Positions 29,414 to 45,000 of a stretch of 64,000 nucleotides of DNA are shown one piece after another (position 1 is the stretch's first letter; every line of letters starts with the position of its first letter). A program made the translations under genes and the position numbers. The stretch covers positions 36,644,001-36,708,000 of the forward strand of contig CM052817.1 of NCBI GenBank assembly GCA_028534125.1, read 5' to 3'. This DNA comes from Lama glama (lineage: Eukaryota). The notes under the pieces were generated by a model, which saw nothing but the letters and a program-made list of their open reading frames with translations, did not search any database and was not told the DNA's origin.

Positions 29414-30818
29414 CTGAAAGCAGAGGCAACAGTTTTGAAAAGCTCCAAGCTCAGCAGCTGCCTTGCTCCTTCCTGGAATGTTTGTGTGACCAACAGACTG
29501 GCAACGCTGCGGACACGGGAGAGTGACAAGGGTGGGTTCTGCTGTTGAACAGATTTGGTTGGATCTTGCTCCGTCATTTACTTGCTGGCTGTGAGGCCTT
29601 GAGCATCTGTAATATCTATCTTCTGTCTGGTGGCCACACCTGGCACAGAGTGGATGCTTCGTAAACGGCAACTCTGATTTCTACTTTAGGACTGAAGGCT
29701 GGGGAGAGGGTGGAGCTTGCATAAATGCACAACCACGACCACTTTCATTTTCTCTGATTAAAACAGCGCCCCACATAACCATGGTTCATAGTCACTGGAG
29801 AGGAGAAGACTGTACTTCTGATTGCCAGTCTGTCCTCCAGGGAACCTTTTAACTGTCTGGCCTATTTTGTCACATGGTCAGCTCTAACCCCTCACCTCTC
29901 CTTGCTCCCTTCCATTTTCAGAGTCTGGCCTTCCTTATCATGCATGGAACTGTGAAAGCGTGAGAAGTGTCTCGTTAGTCTGCCCCTCGGGAAGACAGAC
30001 CCAGTCGTTTCTCAGTGTCTTATCCTTATCAGACGACCAATAGAGATGGAATGACCTACCCCACTGAGGTGGGAAAGATTCACATTACACAGGGGTGGTT
30101 TTGGATGCCAAGTATTTTTAGGCATTATTTAGTGTATTTAGTTCTTGTGATCCACTTCCCCTACTTTTAAAATCAATAGCTCTGACCCCAGGGCTTAATA
30201 AGAATTTAGAAAGTATCTCCCCAGGAAGAAGCAATCATTTCCTTTCCAATTTTCTTCCTAATTTTCTTAGATTCTGAGCATGTCTTCCAGATCAGTTTAA
30301 TATTTAATAATCCTATAGTATATCTCGTCCTCTATCACTGTGTTAGAATCTGTAACAATTTGGGGAGGAGCTGGGTTGCATTTTACGTTAGAGATTTTTG
30401 AAAGATTGGGCCTGCCTTGTATCACGCACTGTTCTACGGTACACGGTACCATCGACAAAGAAACAAAACAAAAAAACAAAGCAAGACAAAAGAATTAAAT
30501 TCTGCTCTTATGGTGCTTACATCCTACGAGATACTCAGAAGATTATTTACGGAATTATGAATGACTGAATGAATTATCAACTAGGGCAAGGAAGTCTGTC
30601 AGGCAAGAAAAAAGTCAATTTTTCTTACACTTTAGCCACGTGTAAGCACTCTGCATCTTAGTTTCTTCATTTACAACTTGGCGCATAATACTGGTACTTA
30701 TTAGGTTACTAAGGAGGTTCAGTAAGGTAAGACATGATACACTCAGCACGGTGCAAGGCACCTCCCCTCGTGGTCTCAGTGGAATTGCTAACAACTCACC
30801 GCAATTTTGAACATCTCA

Positions 30819-31100
<282 letters not shown>

Positions 31101-32029
31101 TCATGCACACGCTCCTGGTGGACGCGCGTAATGTCCTTCTTTCCCTTTCCCTTTCTGCCAGGACACCTCCCTGGCTCTCTGGCTTTTAAAAGAAATAAAT
31201 TAACGTTGGCTTATGTGAAACGAAACTGGCTTATTCCTGAACATCAAATGAAGATCACACGCCTCTACTTGACACCTGGGACTTCCAACATGCCCTTCAG
31301 TGTTACCTCCCACCATCTCCCTGGACAGACCATCCGTGCCAGTGAGCCTGAAGCCCCCCCACAGAGGCCATGCTGAGCTCCTCATCCTTCGGCTGTGCCC
31401 CTGTTGCTCACTCTCCCTACAAGAGCTCGGGCACCCATTCTTGGTTCGTTCCCAGATCAATTCTCCATTCTTCTTGGCCCTGCTCCGTGCCCTGAGGCTG
31501 ACTTCCACAGACAGTACCATCGGGCTCCCCTGCCTTCTGGTTTCCAGTGAATTCAGCCAATAGGAGGCCAAACAGGAGATCTAGGGGTGCAAGAAGGGAG
31601 AGGTGAATTTGTTCCCCAACCTCCCATCCCCTAACTTCCTGGATGTGGCTGCCGGGGGAGTCTCTTCTACCCCAGCAATGCCAGGTTCATGCCACGCCAT
31701 TCCCACATTTTTTCCCTCCAGACCTGCAGGTGGGAACCGTTCCCCAGTGCCCCATGTCCCCTGTTGGCTCTTGTAACAGTGCCACACTTCCCTAAACAGT
31801 CCCTTCGTTAAACTTCCTTTAATTACCACCTTGAGTCTCCCATCTCTTTCTTTCTGGGATGTGGACTAACACAGACACATCTGCCTCCCATCTACCTATC
31901 AAATCTTGTAAGGCACGCTCCATACTCAAGCCACATCTGGGCCATGGAGACTTGCTGATCATACCGGCCCATTAGGAACGGTCCTGGAGAAAAGTGGGGA
32001 GATAATCTGTAGGCCTACTATGTCACAGG

Positions 32030-32230
32030 AGATCAGGGTTTGAGTCTGGGTCATGCCTCTTACTTGCTATGTGACCTGGGCAAGTTGACTAAACTTTCCA
32101 AGCTTCAGTTTCCTCTTCTATGAGATGGGGATAATTAGCTACCTTATCGGATTTTTTGGAGTGCTTAAATAAAAATAATAATTAAAACTTATCCAATACA
32201 GTGGCTGACAGTTAAATGTCCAGTAATGGT
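32030..32230 (+). mobile_element. MIR SINE
   Basis: gctatgtgacctgggcaagt...cttcagtttcctcttctatgagatggggataat core. Confidence 0.75.
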
Positions 32231-33416
32231 GATTCTTCCTCCTTAACCAGACTGCTATAACAAATCTATTAAAAATTTCAGCATTTTAAAGAGTGCTGTC
32301 TCACTCTGAACTCTAATAATTGCAGGAACAATATACTATAATTCCTACTATTAGCCGACAAAAAGCTTCAAGAGGAAAGAAACATTTCCCTTTAATACTT
32401 CCTTTGACCACAGAAGTTTTATACTTCTTTTGACCATAGTTCTCAATACCCAGCAAGCAATTAATATTTAGCTGATTCTGTAATAATCCACAGGCATCAT
32501 AACATGCATTTTTAAAGCCTCGTATTTAGTGCTTCAGGGATTAAATGCTATTTAGCAAAGTATTTCCCTCACCTAGTCCCCTCCCCACCCAGGCATCATA
32601 GAGAATTAAGATGAAAAGAGAGGAGTGGATACTAGTGATCCAAACACTAGTGTGTCTCAGAGTTCATCTCGAACAGTCAGTGGAGCAATAAATGCACACA
32701 ACCACACGGCTCGTGTTCCCCATCTAGAGGGGAAGGGACGTCTTCCAGTCCCCTCAGGCAGGCTCCCTCACCTGTCCCTATGACCCACTCACTGGGACAA
32801 AAATACTCTTCTTCCAGTGTTACATGAGTTGCCTCCTCTTAAAATTGTACTGGACCAGAGTTAAGGATTTGGACTTTTAATCCAGTCACATTTATGGGCA
32901 AGGTGCTAGATGTGAAGATGAGCAAGATGTGATCTCTGTCCTTCAGAAGAGGGGCTCATAGTGTTCCCAGGGGGAGTGCTCCCTGCCAGCTACCACCGAG
33001 GGATGGACATGTACTATGTACTCCACAACAGCCTTCTTCGGATCCAAAGCTAATACCATGCTAAAGAGTAGTATTGAAGGCTTCCTAAACTAGACTAAAC
33101 AATTACTAAATAGATTTTTTTTCATTAGTGAAATTAGAGTTAGCTTTAGATGGACTGATTAATATAGAATACTCTCGAATTTTTTACCTGTGGGTTTTTT
33201 TGTTAAAAAATTATGATAAGCTAAATTTTTTGATTTATAAATGTGCAATGTATATACACATATATACACATACATATATGTATTTTAGCCACTGATTTAA
33301 AAATATATCTCCTTTACTGTCCTCTATTTTTAATACTGATTGCTTCTGAAATTCTCAGGACCCGTATGGAATTTAATGGCTTCAATTAAAGGGAAATGAT
33401 ACAGCCTCTTGGTTAT

Positions 33417-33462
33417 GCAGCGCCACCTGCTGGGCATCCAGAGAAACAATGCCATCTAGCGT
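33417..33462 (-). promoter_or_regulatory. Candidate CTCF site(s) in PKD2 intron 2
   Basis: Minus strand CCCAGCAGGTGGCGCTGC (33434-33417) is a near-consensus CTCF core; a weaker co-oriented ACGCTAGATGGCA lies at 33462-33450. Confidence 0.65.
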
Positions 33463-34249
33463 TGAATGGATGTGGATTCTAACACATTCATTCAATCAGC
33501 AAACATTAACTCAGTCCCCTCCTTGTGCCAGGCAGTGGGCTGGTCCATGGGACATCTTCAAATAACAGCTCCACACGCTCCAGGAATCAGATGCACCATG
33601 AGTCCATCTAGGCTGTAGCTAAATGACCCCTGGGATTTGGAGTCAGAACGATTTGGGTTTGAGTTTCAGCTTTTCTTCATCCTTAAGTCAGCCTCTGTGT
33701 TCATAATTGTGGGTCTCGGTGTCTTGGGATCTCGGACAACTATTTAAATTTTCTGAGCTTGAGTATCATTATGTAGAAAATGGGGATAATAACATTTCAG
33801 ACTTTTGTGTAGTTCACCTGGAGAAACGTATGTAAACGCATCTTTTGCATACTGTTAAATGCAATAGAAATATAAGACTGTTACATGAGTCCTCCTTTCA
33901 GTCCTTAATGGGAAAAGCCCATTTGAAAGGTAATATTCACCCTTTAAACAAACTTAATTGTAAAGAAAAAAAGCTACAGCATGAAACAAATGACGATCAG
34001 AAAGGAGAGGAAATATTTTTAAAAAATATAAGGTAAAGGACACATGTATATCCTATGTGCATATATTTATTCTGCTATTTAGTCCTTGTCTTAACTCCTA
34101 AATTTAGTTTTCCATAAAATAAGCCAGAAGGAAAAAAAACACAGCATCGCCAACTAATTAGCATGTAAACTAACCAAAGCTGTCTTATAAACATGGTCTC
34201 ATTTCAAAATAAACTATGGACACCATTTTATTCTTAATGTAGTTGAAAA

Positions 34250-35000
34250 ACTATAGGCTCAAGTACTAGCAACTAAAAGCAAAGGAGAGATGCCCAATAT
34301 AACAAAAGAAAAAGGAAATGAAAAGTAATGGGAAAGCATAAAAAGAGAGGAAAAAATAAGATGGCAGAAATTTGACAAAGGCATGAACTGTGAAGAGTTT
34401 AAACTGACAATATGGCAAAGTCTTAAATATTGGTTAAAAAATTAAAAGTGCATCTTTAGAGTTTTTATGAGACCCATTCAAAATGAAGCTAAAAATAAAG
34501 GAATGAGAAAATACATATTAGACATACATTCGGGATAAAATATTCTTTAAGAGGTGTTGAGTGGTGGTATAATCCTCTGACAAAGGTGATTATAAGGTGA
34601 CTACTGAGTTACAGAAAAAGGTTATCTTATGTTGAGAAATGATACTTTACACAATGATTTACCTAGAGTGAACACTATGTATTGAATAACAGTATCAAGA
34701 TATATAAAGCAATGCCTTCTAGTAATATAAGGAGACTTACCAAAACCACAATTGTAGTTCGAAACTTAAATGTATATTTCTCAATCTTTAACAGAGAAAG
34801 AAGACAAAAATGATCTAGGGATATTAAGGGTTTTAATAGAATATGTAACAATGTATAAACATCAAACTTAATACTGCACCAACAGAGATCACTCATACTC
34901 TTTTTCAAATGTCCCTGGAATATTTAAGAAAATTAGTAATATTCAAGGCCACAAAGACAACACCAGTAAGTCCCTAAAGTCAAGAATCATCCAGGCAGGT
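34250..35000 (+). mobile_element. Highly degraded ancient L1 (ORF2 endonuclease region)
   Basis: A-rich decayed L1-like sequence (catactctttttcaaatgtccctggaatattt...ggccacaaagacaa). Confidence 0.6.
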
Positions 35001-35254
35001 GTCCTTATAGAGATGGCCATGTGAATTATCAGGCGTTAAAGGGAGCAGGAAGGGGTACACTGGGGACTGGACAATTGCGCCTCCTGGGGAGTGATGGAAA
35101 TGTTAGCTATTTTGACTGCAGTAGTGGTTTCACTGCTGTAGACATCTATCGGAATTCATCAGTGTTCATCTGAAATATGTGCAGCCTACTGTACAGGAAC
35201 CGTACCACAATAAAGGTGTTAAAAAAATAGGGACCACTGGTAAAAAAATAAAGA

Positions 35255-35420
35255 GGTGGCCACGTGAAGAGAGGGACACATGGGAAACGCCCTGTGGAAG
35301 TGGAGGCCTGAGGCAGTACACGCCGAGGATACCAAGGATACCACGAGCCAGGAGAGGCAGGGAAGGATCCCCTCCAGGCTTCAGAGGGAGCTGGCCCTGC
35401 ACATACCTTGACTGGTTTAA
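35255..35420 (+). mobile_element. MLT1-type LTR fragment
   Basis: ggagaggcagggaaggatcccctcc...cttcagagggagc..ggccctgc..accttga MaLR motif. Confidence 0.65.
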
Positions 35421-38400
35421 TCTGGTTTCACAGACAGCAGTCTGGAGCCAGTGCCTGGGGGTCCTACAGTCCAGACACTGGATCCCAATGGTATTCAGAG
35501 CCAAATTCTTAATATTTAAATACATCTCATCACCTCCCCCACCCACCCTACTTAAAACCCTGGCTTCTCCTCACCAAAGCCTACCAGACCTGCAGGGTCT
35601 GACCCCTGACCACCTTTCCATCCTCATCTGATGGCTCTCTCTCCAGGCACCGTCTGCACTCAGCTTCCGGAAGGTTCTGAGCTCTTTCCTGCCTCAGAAG
35701 CTTCACTCGTGCAGTTCCCTCTTCATCTGACCGGCTCCCACGCTTGCGGCAGGCCTCAGAGAGGCCCTCCCTGTAGGGCTCCCTCCTCCCCAGCTGTCTT
35801 CTTTCTTATCACTTACCATGTCTAAGGGCAGGGCCTATATATGTTTTAATTAAGTTCCTGAACAGTCATTTGAATCAATAAAGGAATAACCCAAAATAGA
35901 AATGATAAAGGTTAGAAATAGCGACAACAGCCACACATGAAGAAGACAGATGTGGGAGGTGCTACAGAGGAAGAATCAGACGAAACGATCCCATGAGAAG
36001 AGCGAGGGAAGGCACCGAGGACGACGCCCAGGTTTGGGGTGAGCGGTTCACAGGGGTGATGCTGACATTGCCCAGACAGAGAACATGAGCAAAGCACTCT
36101 GGACAGGCGGGCTGATGAGCTGAGGCTGAAGAATGCTAAGGCTGAGATGCCCGTGAGATGCGCCGGTGGGGATGTCCAGTGAAAGCTGGCGCGAGGCGTG
36201 CAGCTCACGAGGGAGGTCTCGGGGGCCTCGCGAGTCCCCAGCACACAGGAGCAGCTGAAGCTGTGGGAAAGGTCGCTTACAGGGAAAGCCAGTCACCCAG
36301 CCACAGAGAATACTGTTCTAACACGTTTCAGAAAGAAAAAATTAAGAAATGAACAGAGCAAGGAGGAACACAGGAAGAAAGGGAGTCACAGACGCCAAAG
36401 AGGGAAGTTTCTAGAAAGCCGAATGCATTGGGACCAAATGCCAGAGAAAGGCTGAAAAGAGTCCATGAAATTTGGCAATTAAGAGGTCTCTAGTGACCTT
36501 GGTAAGGGCCTTCTAGGAGGCAAAGGGGACTGCAGAATAAACTGGAGAGATGAATTAAAGTTATTAAAACCCCCAAGTATTTTAATACAGTTTGGGTTAA
36601 AATTCAAAGGAAACTGTAAGTGACAAGTTGTGACAGAAATCTTTGAGGGAAAGAGGCTGTCAACGTAACTGCTTTTGTGAACACCTCTATGAAGTAGTAT
36701 TTCTTTTTTTCTTAAAACGAGAAAAGGAGATGCAATATTTACTAAGTTACCACAAAGAAATAAAGAAAAGAAAGCTATCACTTGGAGGGAAGGCCACGTT
36801 AAAAGTAGTGTTTATCTATGAACACACATTTCTTGTTACTGTAGCTTTTGTCCAGTTTATCAAAGAGGACAAAGTGCTTTCCAGCCATCGTCGGTCTTCA
36901 GTAGTTACTTCCCACGGACTGCAGCCCGCGAACTGAAGACTGCACGTGCTGGGTGTGGGAAGCTATGTGGGAAGATGGAACGTTTGTCACCAGAAACTGA
37001 TTCAGCTTCCTCTAGTGTGATGATTAACCTACTCACTTCGACTTCACTGACCTGGTTATCAACAATTAATATGCAAGGATTCTCTTACAAATTAAGAAAA
37101 CTATCTCTGTGCTATCATCCTTGAGAGATTTTTACAAGTAAAATAAAATACTCGTTTCTTTTTTAATTGACATACAACATGGTGTAAGTTTAAGGTATAT
37201 AATGTGTTGATTGATACTATCCATGTTTCCTTTTTAGAATACCAGGCAGTCTCCTTTTTCCAGAAATAAAAAAATGGAGATTCATAGACTTCCTCTTAAA
37301 AAGGCTCTTCCTGTCCTAGGACATATCATGCTGTATTACGATTATGTTGTTTATTTCTCTACTTTCATTATTTCTTTGGATACCAGTGAGTTTGAGGTTA
37401 AAGACCTTCCTACACTAATCGATAATATTTTCTACTCTGTGAAATACGTTATATTTTCTACCCTGTAAAATATTTACTAAAGTCTTAGCGTTTTACTCAG
37501 TGACTTGTGGGTTATAGATGTGTTAAAATCTTAATCCTTTGTTATATTTCTTATAACTATTCTTTACAGGTGTCTTCTGCCTTTTAATTTTGTCCATTTC
37601 TTTGACATATAGAAATATAACACTTCTATGATGTCGACTCAACTTTTTTTGTGTGATTTCTATTATTATGTTTAAATATAGGAGATTTGAACAATTGCAT
37701 AAAATTAATAGAGAGAGTAGGAAATAAGAAGTTGCAAGTGTATTTTTATCATAGACGCACCAAAGACTTTCCTTGGCCTTTTTCAAAGACCTTCTGTAGT
37801 ACTATTTATTCCTTTCCTTAACTTCAGCATCTAACTCACACAAAGAAATATCATTACTATTTATAACAGTAACTCATATATAAGTACTTTGATGATAAAT
37901 TCATAGCAACCTTAAGTTTCAAGTAAGAATAAATGCTAATCACCAGGAAAGCGGGATTATTTAGTTTCCGTGGCATTCCTGTCCTCATGGTTAAGCAGAC
38001 TGATTCTGAAGACAGAGGGACGAGCGCCAACACTGACAAGATGGGAAATAAGCTCCTGATGGGCACACAGCTGCTCCAAATGACTGTCCAAATAATTGGA
38101 CCTACAGGTCTTAGAACCTACTGATGAAAGAATTCAGCCACTGTCAACAATCTTCGGGACAAATTTTGCTCTTATTACTATTATATGACAGAGAACATAC
38201 TAGGATCTTTTCACATATTATTCCTAATCTCCACAGAATCTTTCAAAATAAGAATTCTACAGATGAGAAAACAAAGGGTCAGAAAGGTTAAATAAGTCAC
38301 TCAAGCTTACCTAGTGTGTAAGTGGTGGAGCTGGGATTTGAACCCAGATCTCTGTGAGGCTAAAAAAAACTATATTTTTCCTACCATGTCAGGCTGCCTT

Positions 38401-39463
38401 CCAGAACCCCATCTACTTCATATAAAGAGTTTCCAACATGAAAGGCACAGTTATCTCACTTACCTACAGTTATAAGTTTGATATTATCAGTCATTTGATA
38501 TTGATATTGCTGGTAAGATTTAAAACTGGTAGTTAAAAAGATGGTTTTGAACAATAGGGAAAGGACTCGATCACTAGGAGCCAGTAAGGCTTTGCTAGGA
38601 GTAAATCATGCTTACTTATCTTCACTTCCTTTTTAATTTGGTCAACAGCCGATAGATTAGCTGCTACATCAGAGGAACAGTGGAGTTATTCAGACAGGCA
38701 CTTGCAAAAATCTTTCTTATCCTATTTCATGAACAGTCTGAGCTAGATGATAATATAATTCAGTGCACTCCACCCAAAGAACTTTGACTAATGGGCTGAT
38801 GTTGTTGGACCAAACTTTTCTGATTTATTAATTTACCAGGATAAGGACTTGGATGATATCAACTCTGCTGATGCTATAAAGCTGGGAAGGAAAGCTGATA
38901 TATGAGATGGATGAATCTAGATGCAAGGTGGTTTCAACAGACTGGAATGATGAGCAGATCCTCATGAGTTGAAATTTAACAGAGCTGAAAGGGAAGGTCT
39001 CCTCTGTGTTCCAGGAAAAAGTACTCAAAGATTAGCTGGGGGACACGGTGGCTTATAGATTTTGGTGAAAGAGACTCAGGAATCATGTACATGAAGAGCC
39101 AGGCGATGGCAGGATGCATGGACCTCAGTGCAGGATCTGAGTGAGGACGTTCATGGCCCCACTTTGCCCCTCGGTTACGGCAAGGCTCCTACTGGGCTTT
39201 CAGAGGACCTCTGATAAACAGAACCTGTCGTTTCAATCATGTGGGTTACTCATGTGTCTCCCATCACACGAGCAACAGTTAAGGGAAATGGAAAGGTTTA
39301 ACCTAGAGACGTAGGGGAGACTGAATGTGTGTCACTAAGCTTCTGATGGGCGAACGTGGAGGAGAGACATGGAAAAGGTACTTGGTATTAGGTAGGCTTG
39401 GAGAGTCGAACCAAGAGGGGAAGGTAGATGAGGGCAGACGTTGGCTTCATATAAGAACTTTCT

Positions 39464-39597
39464 TTTTTTTTTTCAATTTGTAAAAATTCTTTTTTGAGTG
39501 GGTAATCAGGTTTATTTATTTATTGACATATAATCAATGTACAATGTTGGCGTTAATTTCTGGTGTACAGCATAGTGATTCATTTATACATATGCAT

Positions 39598-39640
<43 letters not shown>

Positions 39641-39726
39641 TTTCGTGAAGGTACTGGGGATTGAACCCAGGACCTCGTGCATGTTAAGCACATACTCTAC
39701 CACTGAGGTATACCCTCCCCTCAGGG
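39464..39726 (-). mobile_element. Vic-1-like SINE with internal L1-3'-tip-like segment and (TTTA)n; 11-bp TSD
   Basis: SINE head at 39648-39720; (TTTA)n at 39596-39643; aagaactttct at 39453-39463 and 39727-39737. Confidence 0.8.
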
Positions 39727-41892
39727 AAGAACTTTCTAACACAGCCATAGAAAAGTAAAATGAACTATTTCAAAAGAGTCAGTCCCTTAACCTGGAACTC
39801 TTGCTCAAGCAGAGGCAGGATGACTGACCATTTGGGAACAATGCTGCAGGGGGGACTTTAGCATAAAATGGAGGTTTGATCAATGACTATCAAAATTCTT
39901 ACTCAGAGATTTTACAACATTCTGAAAATAAAACTTTGCCTATGCAAAAAGTGTAGCTGATGTTAGAAAAAAAAATGATGTGTGAAAAAGAACAAAGAGC
40001 ATAAAAATTCTAAAATAAATAAGAAAACATGAATTAGTTATATCACTTAAGCTTGTTTCCTAAAACTCTAGCTATTCAGTTTATTTATCTGGCTTAGTTC
40101 CCAAACCCTGTCAGTGCACCTGAAAACTCACTTCTCTGGTCACATCTGGAAGCCTTTGATTTAGTAGATCTGGGCAAACTGCGATTATAAAAAAAAAATT
40201 TTCCTGGTGATTCTGGTTCAGGCAGCTTTCGAGAACACTGAAATTCTAGACTTCTTATAGGAGTACTTACATTTTGCATAAAATGTATGTATGAATGTAT
40301 GTGTCATGCTTAAAAAAACTTAATAATAATGATTCTAATCTGCCTGTTAATATTTCAGGCCACTGCAGTTTAATATTTAAGCACCACTTCTATTCTGGGA
40401 GCAAACCTGACTTCAGTATTTATTGTAAGTTCTAACATCTTAGAACTTAAAAGTTAAAAACGTCACATCTCTTTCTTTTTAACTTTTAACATACTGAATA
40501 GACCATTTCTAGCTTTTCAGCATTTCTTAGATAACATGTTTCTTAAAGTAATAAGATTCCTTTCTAAACAAATAACAGGAAATTAGGGAAAAAATAAGAA
40601 AATGGATGTTGCTCACATATATATAGTTTTTAGCTTAAATAACTTTTTTTTTTTAAAGTTCCCACTTGGATAGGCAAAGTCTCAGAAAATGTGAAAAGAA
40701 GTCATGCCTGGTTAAAGTTCACTAAGAGCTTACTTGTATTAGTAAAAGTCAGTGTGGGGATATTAAATACATCAATATTCAATTTCTTAAAATTATAAAT
40801 ATCAAAACTTAAATGTTTCCTTCATCCTTCATGTTCAACTTACACATCTCTTTATTCTTTTTATAAATCTAGTAAATAAAAAAAATTTTTTTTAAGGAAG
40901 GGTTTAGCACTTAAGTCAATTAAATTCAAGGTGTTCAATTTTAACATAATAAGCATGGCATTATGAAAGTATTGGTTAAATCATGATGCCCTCCATTTTC
41001 AAAGAAGGAGACTCTTCCCAAGGTTGGTGATAATTTGCAAGCATTTCTAAGTGAAGGCTGTTAACAACAAACTCCTTTCCCCGAGGAATATGTTAGGGAT
41101 CCTGGTGGCCATAAATCTGCTTCCTGTCTGCTCTCATAAGGGGCTTTGGACACAACAGAACTCCATCATCTAACACCCTTTGATTCGAGGGAAAAACCCA
41201 TTGTCTATGACTTTCTGGACTTTGAGGCTAATGGTTTCTAAGATTTGTTTCTGTCTAAGGCTTCCTTCCCTCCCCTCCCAGAGGACACAGGGACATAGTG
41301 AAAGAAGAAAGAAAAAAAGAAAGAGATGACTCTGTAGTTAAGTTTCCTGTACAGCGAAAATCCACAGTTATTGAAGATTTGGAAGAAATGATGAATTAGA
41401 ATGAAGGCATCGTACAACACATCCAAATTCAAAAGAAGGGGACTTTTCAGTATATACAGCCAAAGAAGGAATGTCAGGTGACATTAGCTGTATTTCTAAA
41501 AGTTAACTTTGGAAAGCCATTTTTATTGAAAATACTTCTTGTGCAGACTTTACATTAATTTGATGTGATAACAGTGACAGTGTAATTATTGTTAAGAAAC
41601 CTAATACAAAAATCCTTTTACTTGGTTTCTTGGAGTCTGGCAGGTTGTCCCATGCTCCTCACAGGGCAGATGGTCACAGACGACAACGAACTGGCCAATC
41701 AGACAATGCTGAATTTTGGTCAGTGTTTACCAGAGGAGAGAAGAGAGCTTTACCAAATTCTAAATTAGAATTGATAACAGAGAAGAGAACTTCTGAATCA
41801 CCTCTCCTGGTACATCTACAATTCCTTTGAATCATGATTTTGACAAGTGAAATATTTTCAAAACTTTTCCTCTAGTGGAGGGCGACGTTCTA

Positions 41893-42054
<162 letters not shown>

Positions 42055-45000
42055 TCATGAATGGCAAAGAGAAAATACATTTAAAAATAGTATGTCTTTA
42101 AGGGAAATTCTCCTGTTTGTTTTTTAGCAAGCTCTGAATGCAACTGAGAAATTGTTTTAGCAGGAATATTTTTAATTTGGGAATACATGAGCCTTTCTTG
42201 TCCCAAGGCAATGATCTGATCATTGTGTAAACTCCCAACCTCATTAGAAAATACCTTAGTAGAAACGTAGAAAGAGGAGAGGAAACCTGGGCAGCCCACA
42301 GGAGCAGGTTAAATACTTGTGCTCTTCCCTATGTGGGAGGAATTACCGTTATGACTAAATCAATTTTCCTCGTTGGTACATGATGTAATTACATTGCAAA
42401 TGATACCTTTTAGGTCACCCTTGATGAAAAGAAGTCCTGGTTGGAGCACCATTTCATTATGGAAACATCTATCAAGCTTCTAACACACTAGTGTAAAATC
42501 TACTCTGTACCCATTTTTGCCCTTTAAGAAATTCAATGCTGCCTGACTACACTAAAGAGATTTTTTAAGTGCCAATTAACATGTGTCTTTTAAATTAAAA
42601 GCAACAACTCAGCCAACTTCTCTCTCTCTTTGGGGAAAGGGTAAAATCAGCAACCGTGTTCCGTATTTTTGCAGATGGAAAAAGTGCTGGGCCGGCTGAG
42701 CGAAGATGACATAACCCTTGGTGAGCTGGCCGGACAGAGTTCCCGCAGTTTTGGATGCGGCCGGCAGACAGACACGGTGGCCGTCCAAACCCCCACCAGT
42801 GAACGGTGTGGTCAAGTCGCATTGCTGGTTACTTGGAAGAGCCTTAACATTTTCCAAAAAAGACAAACCTCTCAATCCTTTCAGTGAGATTGGGTCGGTC
42901 GGCTGATAATGGCAAACTGCCTCAGACTTTAACCTCTTCGATCACGGAAACTTCACTCAGGCCACAATCAAGCCACATAGAGAACAGGGGGAAAATGGTA
43001 CATGGTCTTTCCCTTGGAAGAAATGACTTCATCACCAGTGTTTACGTACTTTCTGAGTCTTATAATAATACATTAGTTCTCCTAAATTGGGGTATTTCGT
43101 TTCATTTTCTTTTTTCTCCCCAGCATCCACACTCAAAGACACTGTGTTACGCATCCTAGGCTTCTCCACGCTGAAAGCGGAGCTTAACTTATGACCAGGT
43201 TTGCTCCTGCCAAGATCTGGTAGTTGTCAGGGAATTACTCACTCCGAAGAAATGCAGCGAGCACAATGTTTGTTCACTGAAACCCTATCATATTAAAGAA
43301 TTATTACAAATTTAGATGACATGGAAAATTACAACTCACAATAACACAGAGGCAGCCAAGTATTAGGCTCAGTAGCCCTGGACACAACCACACCATTTCT
43401 CTGGGTATCTTTCTTTCGGAGGCCAGGCCTAAAATATACACAGAAGTGGAAATTGCTCATCTTTCTACCATCAGGAGAGACTACTGCCTTGCCTCACTTG
43501 GTCAGTGATTTCACTCTTTCTCATGGTTTAGAAACAATTATGCACTAAGGAATAATCATGGTTCTTAATATTTATAAATGGTTTTGCTTGACCTATAAAT
43601 AGAAAAAGCAAACTCGTGTCAAATTTTATTCAAGCTAAATTTGCGACGGTCTATGGCAATTTAACGCTAGCCCTTGAATGAAACATTTCAAATGAAAAGA
43701 AACAAGTCCTCTTATTCATATTTTATATACTTCTATACATTCACTTTTTCTAAATTGCTCTAGCTACCTCCTCAAACATTCATTACTTTAAAAATGTCAT
43801 CCAGTTTCTTCACTGGACGTGGATGGAGGATACAGGGACCCCTTCACATTCTGATGGGTGAGAAACAGCTGCATCCACAAATGGAAAAAATACCTGTTCT
43901 ATAGCCAACTCCTTCCCACGTTTAGCAGGGATGATAGAATAAGAATGCTTAAGGGCAGAGTTCATGTCCAAAATGACAGCTTTCTTCAAAAGGAACTGTT
44001 ATCTTTTCTTGCAACTGTCCCAGCTGCAGAGGGGGTCCCTTCCCAGCACTCCAGGCACTCACGTCCAGTACAGGACATGTCCATCTGTTAGGAGACCATG
44101 ATATGAGGGACACCAGACAATATCCAACTTCCTTCCTGTGTAAGAGGGTGCTTAGCTAATGCCAGAGCCTAAATTCAGACCACATCACCTCAACAGTGTT
44201 ATTCATATGAATACAGGGGAACCCTCAGATGGAGAACCCAAGACACCAAAGATGTCTCAAACATAAGTAACTGACTTAGAAAAAATGCCACGTTGCAACG
44301 ATTTTATCCAAATGCTTCTAAAACCTTTTTATTTTGCAATATATAAGAAATATCAGAAAGAGAGAATGATATAATGAACTCCCATGTATTGCTCACCTAG
44401 CTTCGACAATTATCAACTCAACACCAACTGATTCATTGAAACCCTCACCCATTCGTCCCCAATTTTTTGCATTTGTATATGTTTTTTAATTGAAGTATAG
44501 TCAGTTTACAAGGTGTCAATTTCTGGTGTGCAGCATAATGATTCAGTCATACATGAACATATATGTATGTTTTCGTATTCTTTTTCACCAGAAGTTACTA
44601 CAAGATATTGAACATAGTTCCCTGTGTTATACCTCCCCAGTTATTTTGAAACTAATCCCAGCAATCATATCATCTCATCAGTCAACATCTGGGTTACATA
44701 GTAGAAAAGATTCAGTGTGGAAGTTTTGCCTCATATTCACCCTGTCCCACCGGAAACACACTGACCCCCTCTGACTCACTGATCATGACAAAGTGCAGCG
44801 TGGGGATCTGGAGTCAGAGCTGTGTTCAAATAAAGGCTCAGGAACTTAGGAGCTGGGAGACTTTACCAACACCGTGAGCCTCCGCTTCCCCACTGGGAAA
44901 TAGGGTAAGAGTACTTCTTTGTGGGGCTGCTCTGAGAGTTAGAAATAGTATGTGTACAGCATGTTGAGTGGCTGGAAGAGGCCCATTTATAGCTTCAGAA

